Shown here: positions 1 through 10,463 of the stretch, piece by piece
Layout of the letters: the number at the start of each line of letters is the position of its first letter
Position numbering within the stretch: position 1 is the stretch's first letter
From: Patescibacteria group bacterium UBA926
Lineage (GTDB): Bacteria; Patescibacteriota; Doudnabacteria; UBA920
Assembly: GCA_002293685.1 (NCBI GenBank)
Contig: DBDS01000004.1
Span: 100,479-155,567 of the forward strand
Direction: 5' to 3'
Length of the DNA: 55,089 nucleotides
Made by a program: the position numbers and the translations under genes
The notes under the pieces: generated by a model
The model's input: only the letters and a program-made list of their open reading frames with translations
The model's database searches: none
What the model was told of the DNA's origin: nothing

Positions 1-1
1 A

Positions 2-235
2 CGTCGTAAAGAAATGGTAAAGCTTGTTGGTCAAATCGAAGAACAAGCTCGCATTGGAATTCGTAAAGTGCGTGAAGAAATTATGAAAACAGTAAAGCAT
101 AGCGAAACAGAAGGGAAGAGCACAAAAGACGATGTAGCTGATGCACAGAAACAGGTTCAAGTGATTGTCGATAAATACAACGATCAGATTAAAGAAACAG
201 CCAAGGGTAAAGAAACTGAATTAATGACAGTTTAA
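2..235 (+). CDS. frr: Ribosome recycling factor, 3' part (truncated by window edge)
   Basis: RRKEMVKLV..EQARIGIRKVR..KETELMTV matches the RRF C-terminus; frr-rseP-proS synteny. Confidence 0.9.
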   Translation, partial: RRKEMVKLVGQIEEQARIGIRKVREEIMKTVKHSETEGKSTKDDVADAQKQVQVIVDKYNDQIKETAKGKETELMTV

Positions 236-242
236 ATTAACA

Positions 243-341
243 GTCATCCTGAGGCTGTAAGCCGAAGGATCTCGGATGAGATTCTTCGCTTCGTCCGCAC
301 AAAATCTTCGCGAGATTTAGGCGGACTACGCTCAGAATGAC
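243..341. repeat. GTCAT-family REP-like inverted doublet
   Basis: GTCATCCTGAG..GAAGGATCT / AGATTCTTCG..CTCAGAATGAC; near-identical architecture at 32815-32890. Confidence 0.85.
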
Positions 342-352
342 AATACTACTAA

Positions 353-1537
353 ATGATCATCACAATAATAATCTTCATAGCCGTACTATCCTTGCTTGTG
401 TTTGTACACGAGCTAGGTCACTTTGTTGTGGCGAAGCGTTCTGGTATGGGTGTTCATGAATTTGGGTTTGGATTTCCACCACGATTAATCGGTCTTCAAA
501 AAGTGCCCGTCTATAAAAATAATGCAGACGGGCATCCTGAGCCTGTCGAAGGATCAGGGCGATGGCGAGTTGTGTGGCGAAAACAAGAAACATCTACGGA
601 TGCCACTATATATTCCATTAACGCGATACCTCTCGGTGGTTTCGTGAAAATTATGGGCGAAGATAACGATGAGGCTTCTGATCCAAAAAGTTTTAGTAAC
701 AAATCTTTTGGTGCAAGATTTTTAACTCTCGCAGCAGGTGTTCTCATGAACGTGTTAACTGCGTGGGTGATCTTCTCGATAGGTTTTATGATTGGTTTAC
801 CTGTTGCAGTAAACGAATTAGCTGATTTACCTTCTGGTGGGAAATTCACCGAACAGCAAATCTTAATTGGGCAAGTTCGTGAAGGAAGTGCCGCGGAAAC
901 TGCCGGTCTAAAAGATAGTGATATTATTCTTTCAGTTGATGACCAATCAATCAATGAAATTACTAACTTACAACAATACATTCAAACTCAGCAAGGAGAA
1001 GTGATTAATTTCGAAGTAAAAAGATTAAATGAAGTACTCGAGATTCCAGTCACGACAAGCTTAGATGCAAGTCCTGAGCAGGGAATTGTTGGGATTGGTT
1101 TGGGATACTTTGGTAAACTGAGTTTTAACCCACCTCAAGCGATTTTTCAAGGAGCAAAAACCACAGTAAATCAACTCCAAGCAATTTTCACAGGATTGTA
1201 TAGTATTTTCACAACTTCTGAGGGTATAAAAGGTGTAGGTGGTCCAGTAAAAATTGCTCAACTCACTGGTCAGGTAGCTGATTTAGGATTATTACCACTT
1301 CTTCAGTTCACAGCTTTTCTTTCTTTAAACTTAGCAATACTTAACTCCTTACCGCTCCCAGCACTCGATGGCGGACGAATGTTATTCTTAATTATAGAGA
1401 AGCTTCGTGGCAAACCGAATAACCAGAAGATAGAACAGTACGCGAATGCAATTGGTTTCATGGCTTTGCTATTACTGATGTTAGTAATCACTGCGCGCGA
1501 CGTTTCTCAGCTCGAGTCAATTAAAAATCTTTTCTAG
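353..1537 (+). CDS. rseP: RIP metalloprotease RseP (M50, PDZ domain)
   Basis: HELGH zinc motif, PLGGFV, NSLPLPALDGG, central PDZ-like domain. Confidence 0.95.
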   Translation: MIITIIIFIAVLSLLVFVHELGHFVVAKRSGMGVHEFGFGFPPRLIGLQKVPVYKNNADGHPEPVEGSGRWRVVWRKQETSTDATIYSINAIPLGGFVKIMGEDNDEASDPKSFSNKSFGARFLTLAAGVLMNVLTAWVIFSIGFMIGLPVAVNELADLPSGGKFTEQQILIGQVREGSAAETAGLKDSDIILSVDDQSINEITNLQQYIQTQQGEVINFEVKRLNEVLEIPVTTSLDASPEQGIVGIGLGYFGKLSFNPPQAIFQGAKTTVNQLQAIFTGLYSIFTTSEGIKGVGGPVKIAQLTGQVADLGLLPLLQFTAFLSLNLAILNSLPLPALDGGRMLFLIIEKLRGKPNNQKIEQYANAIGFMALLLLMLVITARDVSQLESIKNLF

Positions 1538-1539
1538 CA

Positions 1540-2784
1540 ATGAAGCAATCACAATATTTTTCCAGAACTAGCAAGACTGCACCTAAAGACGACGTTTCGG
1601 TAAACGCGCGTTTGTTAGAGCAAGCTGGATTTGTTCACAAAGAAATGGCAGGAGTTTATTCCTACTTGCCACTGGGCTGGCGCGTTCTTCAAAAAATTGA
1701 AAATATAATCCGTGAGGAAATGAACGCAATCGGTGGTCAAGAAATTTTGATGCCAGCGATGCAGCCTAAAGAAAACTGGCAAGCAACTGGACGTTGGGAT
1801 AGTTTAGATGTGTTATTCAAGATTAAGTCACAGCATGATAACGAGTACGCGCTTGGCCCAACTCACGAAGAAATCGTAACTCCGTTAGGAGTTGGGCGAA
1901 TCAGTTCATACCGTGATTTGCCTTTAGCTGTTTACCAAATTCAAACAAAGTTCCGCGATGAAGCTCGTGCAAAATCTGGATTAATGCGTGGGCGCGAGTT
2001 TCGAATGAAAGATTTGTATAGTTTTCACACTACCGAAGAGGATCTAGCGCGATACTACAAAGTCGTCGCCGAATCTTACACAAAGATTTTTAATCGTCTA
2101 GGAATTCCTGCTTTGTATGTCGAAGCAGATGGCGGGACGTTTGCAAAATATTCTCACGAGTTTCAGGTGGAAACCCCAAATGGTGAAGACGTAGTGTATG
2201 TGTGCAATAAATGCCAACTTGCTGTAAATAAAGAAATCTTTTCTGATGAAAAAACTTGTACAGATTGTGGTGAGAAAGATTATCGAGAAACCAAAGCCAG
2301 CGAAGTCGGCAATATTTTTGAACTCAAAACCAAATTCTCCGAAAGCTTTAAATTGACTTATACAGACGAAGACGGTTCTCAAAAACCGGTATTAATGGGT
2401 TGTTACGGAATCGGACCTTCGCGTATCATGGGCGTTATCGTCGAGGAACATCATGACGAAGCTGGAATTATCTGGCCAGAGTCAGTTTCTCCTTTCGCCG
2501 TCCATCTAATTGCGTTGGGTGGGAAGGATGCAGAAGTATCAGAGCAGGCCGAAAAATTGTATTCCAACCTACTGGCGGCAGGCGTCGAAGTGTTATATGA
2601 TGACAGGACAGAAGCGTCAGCCGGGCAAAAGTTTGCGGATAGCGATCTGATTGGTATTCCCAACCGAGTCATAATTTCCAGCAAGACTATCGCGGAAAAC
2701 AGCGTAGAGCTTAAAAATCGCGCCTCGGGTGACACTAGTTTAGTACCTCTTAATCAAATCATGGAAAAGTTTAGCAATGCTTGA
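1540..2784 (+). CDS. proS: Prolyl-tRNA synthetase (short form without editing domain)
   Basis: LGPTHEE, FRDEARAKSGLMRGREFRMKD, MGCYGIG. Confidence 0.95.
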   Translation: MKQSQYFSRTSKTAPKDDVSVNARLLEQAGFVHKEMAGVYSYLPLGWRVLQKIENIIREEMNAIGGQEILMPAMQPKENWQATGRWDSLDVLFKIKSQHDNEYALGPTHEEIVTPLGVGRISSYRDLPLAVYQIQTKFRDEARAKSGLMRGREFRMKDLYSFHTTEEDLARYYKVVAESYTKIFNRLGIPALYVEADGGTFAKYSHEFQVETPNGEDVVYVCNKCQLAVNKEIFSDEKTCTDCGEKDYRETKASEVGNIFELKTKFSESFKLTYTDEDGSQKPVLMGCYGIGPSRIMGVIVEEHHDEAGIIWPESVSPFAVHLIALGGKDAEVSEQAEKLYSNLLAAGVEVLYDDRTEASAGQKFADSDLIGIPNRVIISSKTIAENSVELKNRASGDTSLVPLNQIMEKFSNA

Positions 2785-3829
2785 CTTCTTATTTAAAAGA
2801 TTTTCACAGGATTTAGGAATAGATCTTGGCACCGCTAATACCCTCGTCTATGTTAAAGGCAAGGGTATTGTTATCAATGAACCTTCTGTGGTTGCGATTA
2901 ACCAGCGTACCAAACAGATTTTGGCGATTGGAAACGAAGCGCAAAAAATGGTTGGCCGAACACCAACACATATTGTCGCTACCAGACCTTTGGTAGACGG
3001 AGTTATTTCTGATTTCGAAATTACAGAGGCAATGCTTCGTTACTTTATCGATAAAGTTCACAATCAAACTTATAGCTTCCTACGTCGACCTCGCGTCGTG
3101 ATTGGTATTCCATCCGGTGTCACCGAAGTAGAGAAGCGTGCTGTGCAAGACGCGGCGATTAACGCAGGCGCGCGCGAAGCATTCTTAATTGAAGAACCAA
3201 TGGCAGCGAGTATTGGCGCTAGGCTCCCTGTTCAAGATGCGCAAGGTTCAATGATTATTGACATCGGTGGTGGAACTACTGAAATCGCTGTGTTGTCTTT
3301 GGGAGGCGTGGTTATTGCGCGCAGTATGAGAATTGCAGGTGATACTCTTAACGAACATATCGTGCAGTACGCACGGGATAATTTTGGCATGCTAATTGGC
3401 CTTCGCACTGCAGAAGAAATTAAAATTAAAATTGGTTCCGCATATCCTTTAGCTGAACAGTTAACCGCTAGTTTACGCGGTCGCGATTTAGTTTCTGGTT
3501 TACCAAAAGAAATTATTGTTACCGATACTCATATCCGAGAAGCTTTGGCGCCAGCAGTTAAAACTATTCTTAACAGTGTGAAAGCTGTCATAGAAGAAAT
3601 TCCTCCAGAAATTATTTCGGACATTATGCATCGTGGAATTATGCTTGCTGGTGGCGGTGCTCAGCTTCGTGGGCTTGATCAGTTAATTCGCGATGAAACT
3701 AAAATGCCGGTAACAATTGCCGATGACCCTCTTACTTGCGTAGTACGAGGAACAGGAATCGTTGTTGAGGATTTAGAATCACTCCGTGACGTATTGCTTC
3801 CTACAGATTTTTCTCGAATTCCAAAGTAA
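2777..3829 (+). CDS. mreB: Rod shape-determining protein MreB
   Basis: GIDLGTANT, IIDIGGGTTEIA, LAGGGAQL. Confidence 0.97.
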   Translation: MLDFLFKRFSQDLGIDLGTANTLVYVKGKGIVINEPSVVAINQRTKQILAIGNEAQKMVGRTPTHIVATRPLVDGVISDFEITEAMLRYFIDKVHNQTYSFLRRPRVVIGIPSGVTEVEKRAVQDAAINAGAREAFLIEEPMAASIGARLPVQDAQGSMIIDIGGGTTEIAVLSLGGVVIARSMRIAGDTLNEHIVQYARDNFGMLIGLRTAEEIKIKIGSAYPLAEQLTASLRGRDLVSGLPKEIIVTDTHIREALAPAVKTILNSVKAVIEEIPPEIISDIMHRGIMLAGGGAQLRGLDQLIRDETKMPVTIADDPLTCVVRGTGIVVEDLESLRDVLLPTDFSRIPK

Positions 3830-3989
3830 TAGAAAGTAGATAGTAGGGAGTAGAAAATAGAGAATAGTAGATAGTAAATGGTAACTAGTAGCAGGTAAAG
3901 GGTAAGTCATAATAAACCTCTCAAATTTACAACCTAATTAAACATAACTGACTACTTATTACTTCCTATCTCCTACTTACTACTCACTA
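3830..3989. repeat. Purine-rich heptamer array followed by a complementary pyrimidine-rich heptamer array
   Basis: AGAAAGT AGATAGT AGGGAGT... (about 11 units), then ACTTATT ACTTCCT ATCTCCT ACTTACT ACTCACT. Confidence 0.75.
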
Positions 3990-3993
3990 ATCC

Positions 3994-4794
3994 ATGCGCT
4001 TTATATACACAAAAACATTCTTTATATTTGCTGCCGTTCTAGTGGGAATATTAATTGCGCTAGTCATGCAGGTGAAAGGTTGGTTTTCACCAATCGAGTA
4101 TTTGTTATTGCAATTACCAAGACCAGCTATTACTGCTGTGAATGCGGTAGTGAGACCTATATCTACTGTGACGAGTACACTAACAAGCCTTCCTGAGCTT
4201 GTCAGAGAAAACACAGCGCTTCAATCAAAGAATGCTGAACTCACTCAACAATTAGTTGAGCTTGAGCAATTGAGGGCGCAGAACGAAACTTTGCGTTCAG
4301 AATTAGAGTTCGTTGAAAGATCTCCGTTTACACTTGAGCCTTGTACAGTCCTCTCAATTGACCCTCAAAGCACAAGCGACGCAATTGTTATAAATTGTGG
4401 TGAGGATACCGGAATAAAACCAGGACAGGCTGTTATTAGTAATGGATACTTGGCTGCAAAAATTATTCATGTGGGCAGATTTAACTCAACTGCGATTCTA
4501 ATTACTAGCAGTCAATCTTCTGTAGATGCGCAATCATCTCGTTCTAATAATGAAGGTGTTGTTAAGGGTTCATTCGGCTCAGGATTAGTTCTCGATTTGG
4601 TTTCGCAATCAGCAGATATCAAACCAGGAGATTTAATTGTCACCGCAGGTATTAATCCTGAAGTGCCAAGAAATATTTTAATTGGTTCTGTTGATCAAGT
4701 TCTCTCAGGTGATAATGATTTATTTAAGCGTTTGACTTTAGTTTCACCAATCAAAACCCACCGTTTAGATTATGTCTTTGTAGTTAAACCGTAA
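3994..4794 (+). CDS. mreC: Rod shape-determining protein MreC
   Basis: N-terminal TM, coiled coil, GDLIVTAG motif; follows mreB. Confidence 0.92.
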   Translation: MRFIYTKTFFIFAAVLVGILIALVMQVKGWFSPIEYLLLQLPRPAITAVNAVVRPISTVTSTLTSLPELVRENTALQSKNAELTQQLVELEQLRAQNETLRSELEFVERSPFTLEPCTVLSIDPQSTSDAIVINCGEDTGIKPGQAVISNGYLAAKIIHVGRFNSTAILITSSQSSVDAQSSRSNNEGVVKGSFGSGLVLDLVSQSADIKPGDLIVTAGINPEVPRNILIGSVDQVLSGDNDLFKRLTLVSPIKTHRLDYVFVVKP

Positions 4795-4799
4795 TTACC

Positions 4800-5330
4800 A
4801 TGAAATGGCTGTTATACATTTTAATAATCGTAATGGTGGTTTTGATCAATCAAACCATTTTTCGACTAACCGATTTTGGGTTTTTCGTACCAGACTTATT
4901 ATTGCTGTTTAGTTTGGTAGTAGTTTGGTCTTTAAACAATTTTGATTATTTAATTTTTGGAATACTCGGCGGGATCTGGCTCGAAATATTTTTAGGTTTA
5001 CCAATTGGTTCATTCAGCTTGGGACTAATCTTAGTAGGAAGTCTCGCCTACTTGGCAATCAACCGCTGGTTGTTCTCAGAAAAACCTTGGCAATATTTTT
5101 TGGGAGCGGTTTTCTTAGGAACTTTGTTGATTAGAATTTGGTTATGGCTATTTACGACTTTCTTGTTCAACATGGAGTTTACTAATTTGGTTGTGGGTAT
5201 CGACTATGTTTGGCGAGGATTCCTGCCCACATTATTGGTGAATTTATTGTTAATCTACCCAGTTTTCGCCATTGTGGAAATTTTTGCTAAATATTTACAA
5301 TCTTTTTCCCGAAATAAACTACAATTATAA
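4800..5330 (+). CDS. mreD: MreD-like membrane protein
   Basis: Multi-TM protein with PDLLL motif, between mreC and mrdA. Confidence 0.8.
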   Translation: MKWLLYILIIVMVVLINQTIFRLTDFGFFVPDLLLLFSLVVVWSLNNFDYLIFGILGGIWLEIFLGLPIGSFSLGLILVGSLAYLAINRWLFSEKPWQYFLGAVFLGTLLIRIWLWLFTTFLFNMEFTNLVVGIDYVWRGFLPTLLVNLLLIYPVFAIVEIFAKYLQSFSRNKLQL

Positions 5331-5336
5331 GTACAT

Positions 5337-7307
5337 ATGAATCCTATTGAGAGAAACCCATTTTTTATAGAATCAGGTTCTTCGGCTAAGTCGGCGAAGC
5401 AGGGTTTGGAGTGGGAAGAAGGAGTTCAGGCAGGTTCTGGGGGTGTTGAGGGTTATGATGAAACCATTGAACGAACTCCAAACACATTCCGAAGTTTAAA
5501 AATCGGAGTTTTGTTCGTTGGTGCTGTTTTGGGACTACAGTTAGTAAACTTACAAGTTGTTCAAGGTGAAAAGATGCGAGCGCTTTCGGAAGGTAATCGC
5601 TTACGTCTTCAAACAATTTTGGCACCACGTGGATTCATTCAAGATCGTAACGGTGAAGTGTTGGCAAAAAATACTGCGAGTTTTAATTTGGCTTTGACTC
5701 CAATTGATATTCCCGATAACAACACAGCAGAAATTTTTTCAAAAGTTAGTGAGCAGTTTGGAATACCTCCTCAAGAGATTGTCGAGAAGCTTGAGAACCA
5801 TCGGGGAAGTCAGCTCGAACCGATTATTATCAAACGAAATATAACTCAGCAAGAAAGTATTGCGTTCGAAGTAAATGCACAAAGTCTACCAGGTTTTTCT
5901 TTAGTGAATATTCCGGTACGAGATTACCCGACTCCAGAAGTCTTTTCACACACTCTTGGATACACAGGTTTAATTTCCGATGCAGAATATAAGAATTTAC
6001 GAGACCAAAATTATTGGTTAAATGATTTTATAGGCAAGAGTGGTATAGAGCAATCTTACGAAAATTATTTGCGAGGAGTAAATGGAAATAAACAAGTTGA
6101 AGTAGATAGTAAGGGGAACGCAATAAAAGAAATTGGAATAGTTGAACCTGAGCCAGGAAATATTGTCGAACTTTCTATCGATGCGGGATTGCAAAGAAAG
6201 ATTTACGAAGACTTTACGAAGAGTTCTGTTGGGAATAAGGGTGCGGCTGTTGCTATGAATCCAAAGACTGGTGAGATTTTGGCTTTAGTTTCCGTTCCCG
6301 GGTTTAATAATAATTTATTTGCTCCTGGGATAAAAAACGAAGATTATCAGAAGATGCTTACCGATAAAAATCTTCCGCTGTTTAATCGAGCCATCGCTGG
6401 GATTTATCCTCCTGGTTCCGTAATTAAACCTGTTGGTGCGGCAGCTGTTCTTCAGGAAGGTGTTGTTACTAAAGATACTATCATCGTAGATAGAGGTGTG
6501 ATTGTGATCCCTAATCAGTTTAATCCTGCTATCACTTATAACTTCGTTGGTTGGAAGCGCGATGGTTTAGGACCGATGGATGTTCGAAGCGCGATTTCTG
6601 AAAGTAGCGATATTTATTTCTACATAGTGTCTGGTGGACACCCATCATCACCAATTAAAGGAATCGGAGCTGAAAAGTTGGCAGAGTATTACGAAAGATT
6701 TGGAATGGGAAAGCTGACCGGTATAGATATAGCTGGTGAGAAACCAGCCCGCATTGCCACACCCACATGGAAAGCAAACTATTACACCAACGACGCAATT
6801 ATGGCAAAGTGGTATTTGGGAGACACATACCACATTTCCATTGGACAAGGAGACATGTTAGCAACACCTCTTCAGGTTACAGCTTGGACAGCTGCAGTAG
6901 CTAATGATGGAGTCTTAAATAAACCACGATTACTAAAACAAGTTTTAGACCAAAACCGTCAGACTATATTTACACCAGAAGCCGAGGTATTTATTAATGC
7001 TGGAATCGATATGGAACACATGCGAGTTGTTCAAGCTGGCATGAGAGATAATGTAACTTCAGAAAAAGGTAGTGGGCGTTCACTTCAAAGTTTGCCAATC
7101 ACGGCAGCAGGGAAAACAGGAACTTCGCAGTTCGATGGCAGTGATCCTAAAAAGACTCACGCGTGGTACACAGCTTATGCGCCATACGAGAATCCCGAAA
7201 TTGCAATTACAGTTTTGGTCGAAGCAGGTGGTGAAGGTCACGCGGCGGCTGTACCAATAGTGAAAAATGCTTTACAATGGTGGGCAGAAAATCGAATGGG
7301 TAAATGA
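5337..7307 (+). CDS. mrdA: Penicillin-binding protein 2
   Basis: APRG.I.DRNG, YPPGSVIK (SxxK), SSD, KTGT. Confidence 0.95.
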   Translation: MNPIERNPFFIESGSSAKSAKQGLEWEEGVQAGSGGVEGYDETIERTPNTFRSLKIGVLFVGAVLGLQLVNLQVVQGEKMRALSEGNRLRLQTILAPRGFIQDRNGEVLAKNTASFNLALTPIDIPDNNTAEIFSKVSEQFGIPPQEIVEKLENHRGSQLEPIIIKRNITQQESIAFEVNAQSLPGFSLVNIPVRDYPTPEVFSHTLGYTGLISDAEYKNLRDQNYWLNDFIGKSGIEQSYENYLRGVNGNKQVEVDSKGNAIKEIGIVEPEPGNIVELSIDAGLQRKIYEDFTKSSVGNKGAAVAMNPKTGEILALVSVPGFNNNLFAPGIKNEDYQKMLTDKNLPLFNRAIAGIYPPGSVIKPVGAAAVLQEGVVTKDTIIVDRGVIVIPNQFNPAITYNFVGWKRDGLGPMDVRSAISESSDIYFYIVSGGHPSSPIKGIGAEKLAEYYERFGMGKLTGIDIAGEKPARIATPTWKANYYTNDAIMAKWYLGDTYHISIGQGDMLATPLQVTAWTAAVANDGVLNKPRLLKQVLDQNRQTIFTPEAEVFINAGIDMEHMRVVQAGMRDNVTSEKGSGRSLQSLPITAAGKTGTSQFDGSDPKKTHAWYTAYAPYENPEIAITVLVEAGGEGHAAAVPIVKNALQWWAENRMGK

Positions 7308-7406
7308 CACGTAAGTGTCATCCTGCTTGTCTTTCGAAGCTAAAGCGGACTGGGCTGCAAAGGCGCTCGTTTAGCACACAAACTAATCGTCAGATGGGGT
7401 AAAGGA

Positions 7407-8240
7407 ATGTTAATAGACGGACGCGCGATTGCGCATGATTTAAATTTGCACACCAAACAGCGAATTGAGAGATTATCTTTTAGACCGCTTTTGGTTGATA
7501 TAGTCGTGGGGAATGATCCTGCGTCTTTGTCGTACGTCAAAATTAAGGAGAAGAAAGCGTTGGAGTCTGGTTTATTATTTGAACTTCATCAACTACCTTT
7601 CGAATCTACAACTGAAGAAGTAATTTCAAAAATTGAAGAATTATCTGCTCGAGAAGAACTTTGTGGTTTGATAATTCAATTACCTCTACCTTCATATCTA
7701 GATACCAAACAAATTTTGGATACTATTCCCGAAAGAGTTGATGTCGATTTATTGAACTCGAGGTCGAGCGAAAAATTTTACAGTAACGAAAGTGACTTAA
7801 TTCCACCGACCGCTGGTGCAGTAGTCCAGATTTTAGATTCATTACCTGAAGATTGGAATACCAAAAAATTTCTTGTTTTAGGCCAAGGCGAGTTAGTTGG
7901 AAAGCCTGTGGCTCATTTATTGAAGCAGCGCGGTTATGATGTAGCTGTTGCTGATAATAGCACTACTGAGGTCGACCAAATGCTTCTAGAGGCCGATTGT
8001 GTGATTTCTGGTGTGGGTAAGCCTGGTTTGGTTACTGGGGATAAACTAAAGCAAGATGTGGTCGTGATTGATGCAGGAACTTCAGAGGCAGAAGGTTCAA
8101 TTAAGGGAGATGTTGAGCAAGAAACCGTAGAACTTAAAGCTAAATACTTAACTCCAGTGCCGGGAGGGGTTGGACCTATCACTGTAGCAAAGCTTCTTGA
8201 AAATGTTCTGTTGGTCGCTGAGAGCCGTCAAAAGGGTTGA
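7407..8240 (+). CDS. folD: Methylene-THF dehydrogenase/cyclohydrolase
   Basis: YVKIK, IQLPLP, VGKP, TPVPGGVGPIT. Confidence 0.95.
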   Translation: MLIDGRAIAHDLNLHTKQRIERLSFRPLLVDIVVGNDPASLSYVKIKEKKALESGLLFELHQLPFESTTEEVISKIEELSAREELCGLIIQLPLPSYLDTKQILDTIPERVDVDLLNSRSSEKFYSNESDLIPPTAGAVVQILDSLPEDWNTKKFLVLGQGELVGKPVAHLLKQRGYDVAVADNSTTEVDQMLLEADCVISGVGKPGLVTGDKLKQDVVVIDAGTSEAEGSIKGDVEQETVELKAKYLTPVPGGVGPITVAKLLENVLLVAESRQKG

Positions 8241-8283
8241 CCCTGTTAAACAAATCCGCCTAGGCGGGTTTAACAGGGTTGAC
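8240..8283. repeat. CCCTGTTAAAC...GTTTAACAGGG palindromic element
   Basis: 11-12 bp arms; second copy at 37150-37194. Confidence 0.8.
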
Positions 8284-8307
8284 ACCAAGCGAGAATAGTT
8301 GTAACAT
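8279..8307 (+). promoter_or_regulatory. sigma70 promoter of greA
   Basis: TTGACA-17 bp-TAACAT. Confidence 0.6.
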
Positions 8308-8388
8308 TAGCTCACTCAGATTGAGTAGCGAAACTAATAACTTTCTTGTTAATCAGCAGAAGTTGATGGCGAGGAAGTTTTAAATAAT

Positions 8389-8850
8389 ATGTCTAAAAAA
8401 TACTTACTGACCCAAGAAGGGTTACTAAAATTGAATGATGAATTAAAGGCTTTAGTTACCGAGAAGCGTCCTGGCGTTATTGAACGCATCCGTGAAGCAG
8501 CTGCGCATGGCGATCTTTCCGAGAATGCAGATTACGCTCAGGCTCGCGAGGAACAAAGTTTTATCGAAGGTCGTATCCAAGAAATTGAAGATATGATTAA
8601 AAACGCCGAGATTATTACAGCTGCAACTCAGCACAATAATGTTACAATCGGCTCAACTGTTACTGTAAAAACAGGTGGCGAAGAAAAATCTTATGCGATT
8701 GTTGGAAGCAATGAAGCTAATCCAGGCGCTGGAAAAATTTCCAACGAATCTACTGTAGGCAAAGCTTTGCTTAGCAAAAAAGTTGGCGATAAAGTCACAG
8801 TTTCAACTCCAGCAGGTGATAAAGAATACGAAATTGTCTCTATAAATTGA
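8389..8850 (+). CDS. greA: Transcription elongation factor GreA
   Basis: HGDLSENADY, ISNESTVGKALL. Confidence 0.97.
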   Translation: MSKKYLLTQEGLLKLNDELKALVTEKRPGVIERIREAAAHGDLSENADYAQAREEQSFIEGRIQEIEDMIKNAEIITAATQHNNVTIGSTVTVKTGGEEKSYAIVGSNEANPGAGKISNESTVGKALLSKKVGDKVTVSTPAGDKEYEIVSIN

Positions 8851-8876
8851 CACAATTTTTTAAGTGATAAAAATTG

Positions 8877-8936
8877 TGTCATCCCGGAAGCCATAAGTCC
8901 TGAGAGAATTCGAAGGACGCAGGCTATCCGGGATCT
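8877..8936 (+). repeat. GTCAT-family REP with a nested GTCCTGAG..CGAAGGAC unit
   Basis: TGTCATCCCGGAAGCC..GGCTATCCGGGATCT. Confidence 0.8.
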
Positions 8937-8967
8937 AAAAAACCGCTTTCAGTGAAGCGGTTTTTTT
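8937..8967 (+). terminator. Rho-independent terminator after greA
   Basis: AAAAAACCGCTT..AAGCGGTTTTTTT. Confidence 0.8.
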
Positions 8968-9001
8968 GTTATAATTAGGTAGTTATTTACAAATTTAGTA
9001 C

Positions 9002-10462
9002 ATGAACGAACGACTAGACGACATTATTGGCCACAGAAAGGCTAAACTCGAAAATTTACGATCCGCAGGGTACGAACCATTTCCATCAGAAACCGCTCGC
9101 ACACACTCAAACCACGAAGCTCTAGAGCAGTTTGAGTCTTTGGAAGGTACAAGCATAATCTTGGCAGGCCGAATCCGTAGTATGCGTGGCATGGGCAAAC
9201 TTTTGTTTTTACATATCGATGATGGCACAGGCCGTATTCAGGTCTTGCTTAAAAGCGACGACATCGGCGGCGAGCGCTTTGCGTTTTTCGTCGACAATTT
9301 TGACCTTGGCGATTTCATAGAAGCGACAGGAAAATTATTCATCACTAAGACTGGTGAAAAAACTTTGCAAGCACATGATTATAAAATCTTGGCGAAGAGT
9401 TTGCGCCCATTACCGAGCGATCATTTTGGTTTACAAGACACCGAACTTAAACTTCGCAAGCGTTACTTAGATATTTTGTTGGACAGCGAAACTAAAGAAT
9501 TGTTTGTGAAGAAAAATAAGTTTTGGCAGAGCATGCGTAAATTCCTCAGCGACCGCGGATTTTTGGAAATGGATATGCCAATTTTGGAATCTGTTCCAGG
9601 TGGTGCTGAAGCCGAACCGTTCATTACTCACCATAATGCACTAGACCGTGATTTCTTCTTAAGAATTTCTCTAGAACTTCCATTAAAGAAAATGTTGGTA
9701 GCAGGTTATGAAAAAGTTTTCGAGATAGGCCGCATTTTTCGTAACGAAGGAATATCCACAACTCACTTACAAGACTACACTCAAATGGAATTCTACTGGG
9801 CCTATGGAGATTTCGAAAAACTTCAGAAGATGCTTCAGGAAATGTATCAATTTGTAATCCAAGAAACTTTCGGTACATTGCAAATTACTTCCGGCGGCGT
9901 GACTTGCGACTGGAGCGGTGATTGGGAAAAAGTTGACTATATTGAACTATTCAAAGAACATACTGGCTTAGATTTGGAATCTTGCAGTGACGAAGATTTG
10001 AAAGCATACGCAAGCGAACAGCACATTAAGTTTGAAGACTTCGCGCAACGCGGTCGTTTAATCGATTTAATTTTCAAAAAGATTCGCGTTAATATTAAAA
10101 CTGATAAACCAGTATTTCTAATTAATCAACCGGTAGAGTTAGAACCTCTTGCCAAGCGCGACCCAAACAATCCAAAAGTTGTTCAGAGATTGCAAATCGT
10201 TGCTTACGGAACTGAACTTGGAAAAGGTTTTGGAGAACTCAACGACCCTCTCGATCAACGTCAGCGTTTCGAAGATCAAATGAAGTTACGCGCAGCAGGT
10301 GATAAGGAAGCGCAAATGATCGACGAAGATTATTTAGAAGCAATGGAATATGGTATGCCGCCAGCTGCAGGCTTCGGACTTTCAGAAAGAACTTTCAGTG
10401 TATTGGCAGATAAATCCATTCGCGAGACAGTGATTTTCCCGCCAATGAAAGAAAAGGAGTAG
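9002..10462 (+). CDS. lysS: Lysyl-tRNA synthetase class II
   Basis: OB domain, [19 protein letters not shown]. Confidence 0.97.
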   Translation: MNERLDDIIGHRKAKLENLRSAGYEPFPSETARTHSNHEALEQFESLEGTSIILAGRIRSMRGMGKLLFLHIDDGTGRIQVLLKSDDIGGERFAFFVDNFDLGDFIEATGKLFITKTGEKTLQAHDYKILAKSLRPLPSDHFGLQDTELKLRKRYLDILLDSETKELFVKKNKFWQSMRKFLSDRGFLEMDMPILESVPGGAEAEPFITHHNALDRDFFLRISLELPLKKMLVAGYEKVFEIGRIFRNEGISTTHLQDYTQMEFYWAYGDFEKLQKMLQEMYQFVIQETFGTLQITSGGVTCDWSGDWEKVDYIELFKEHTGLDLESCSDEDLKAYASEQHIKFEDFAQRGRLIDLIFKKIRVNIKTDKPVFLINQPVELEPLAKRDPNNPKVVQRLQIVAYGTELGKGFGELNDPLDQRQRFEDQMKLRAAGDKEAQMIDEDYLEAMEYGMPPAAGFGLSERTFSVLADKSIRETVIFPPMKEKE

Positions 10463-10463
10463 A

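Noticed and set aside
7322..7406. Possible ZTP or THF riboswitch upstream of folD (GCTAAA..TTTAGC stem, GACTGG)
   Set aside because: Lacks the ZTP 3' CGYCUGGGC hairpin and pseudoknot and the THF consensus; only a generic stem is supported
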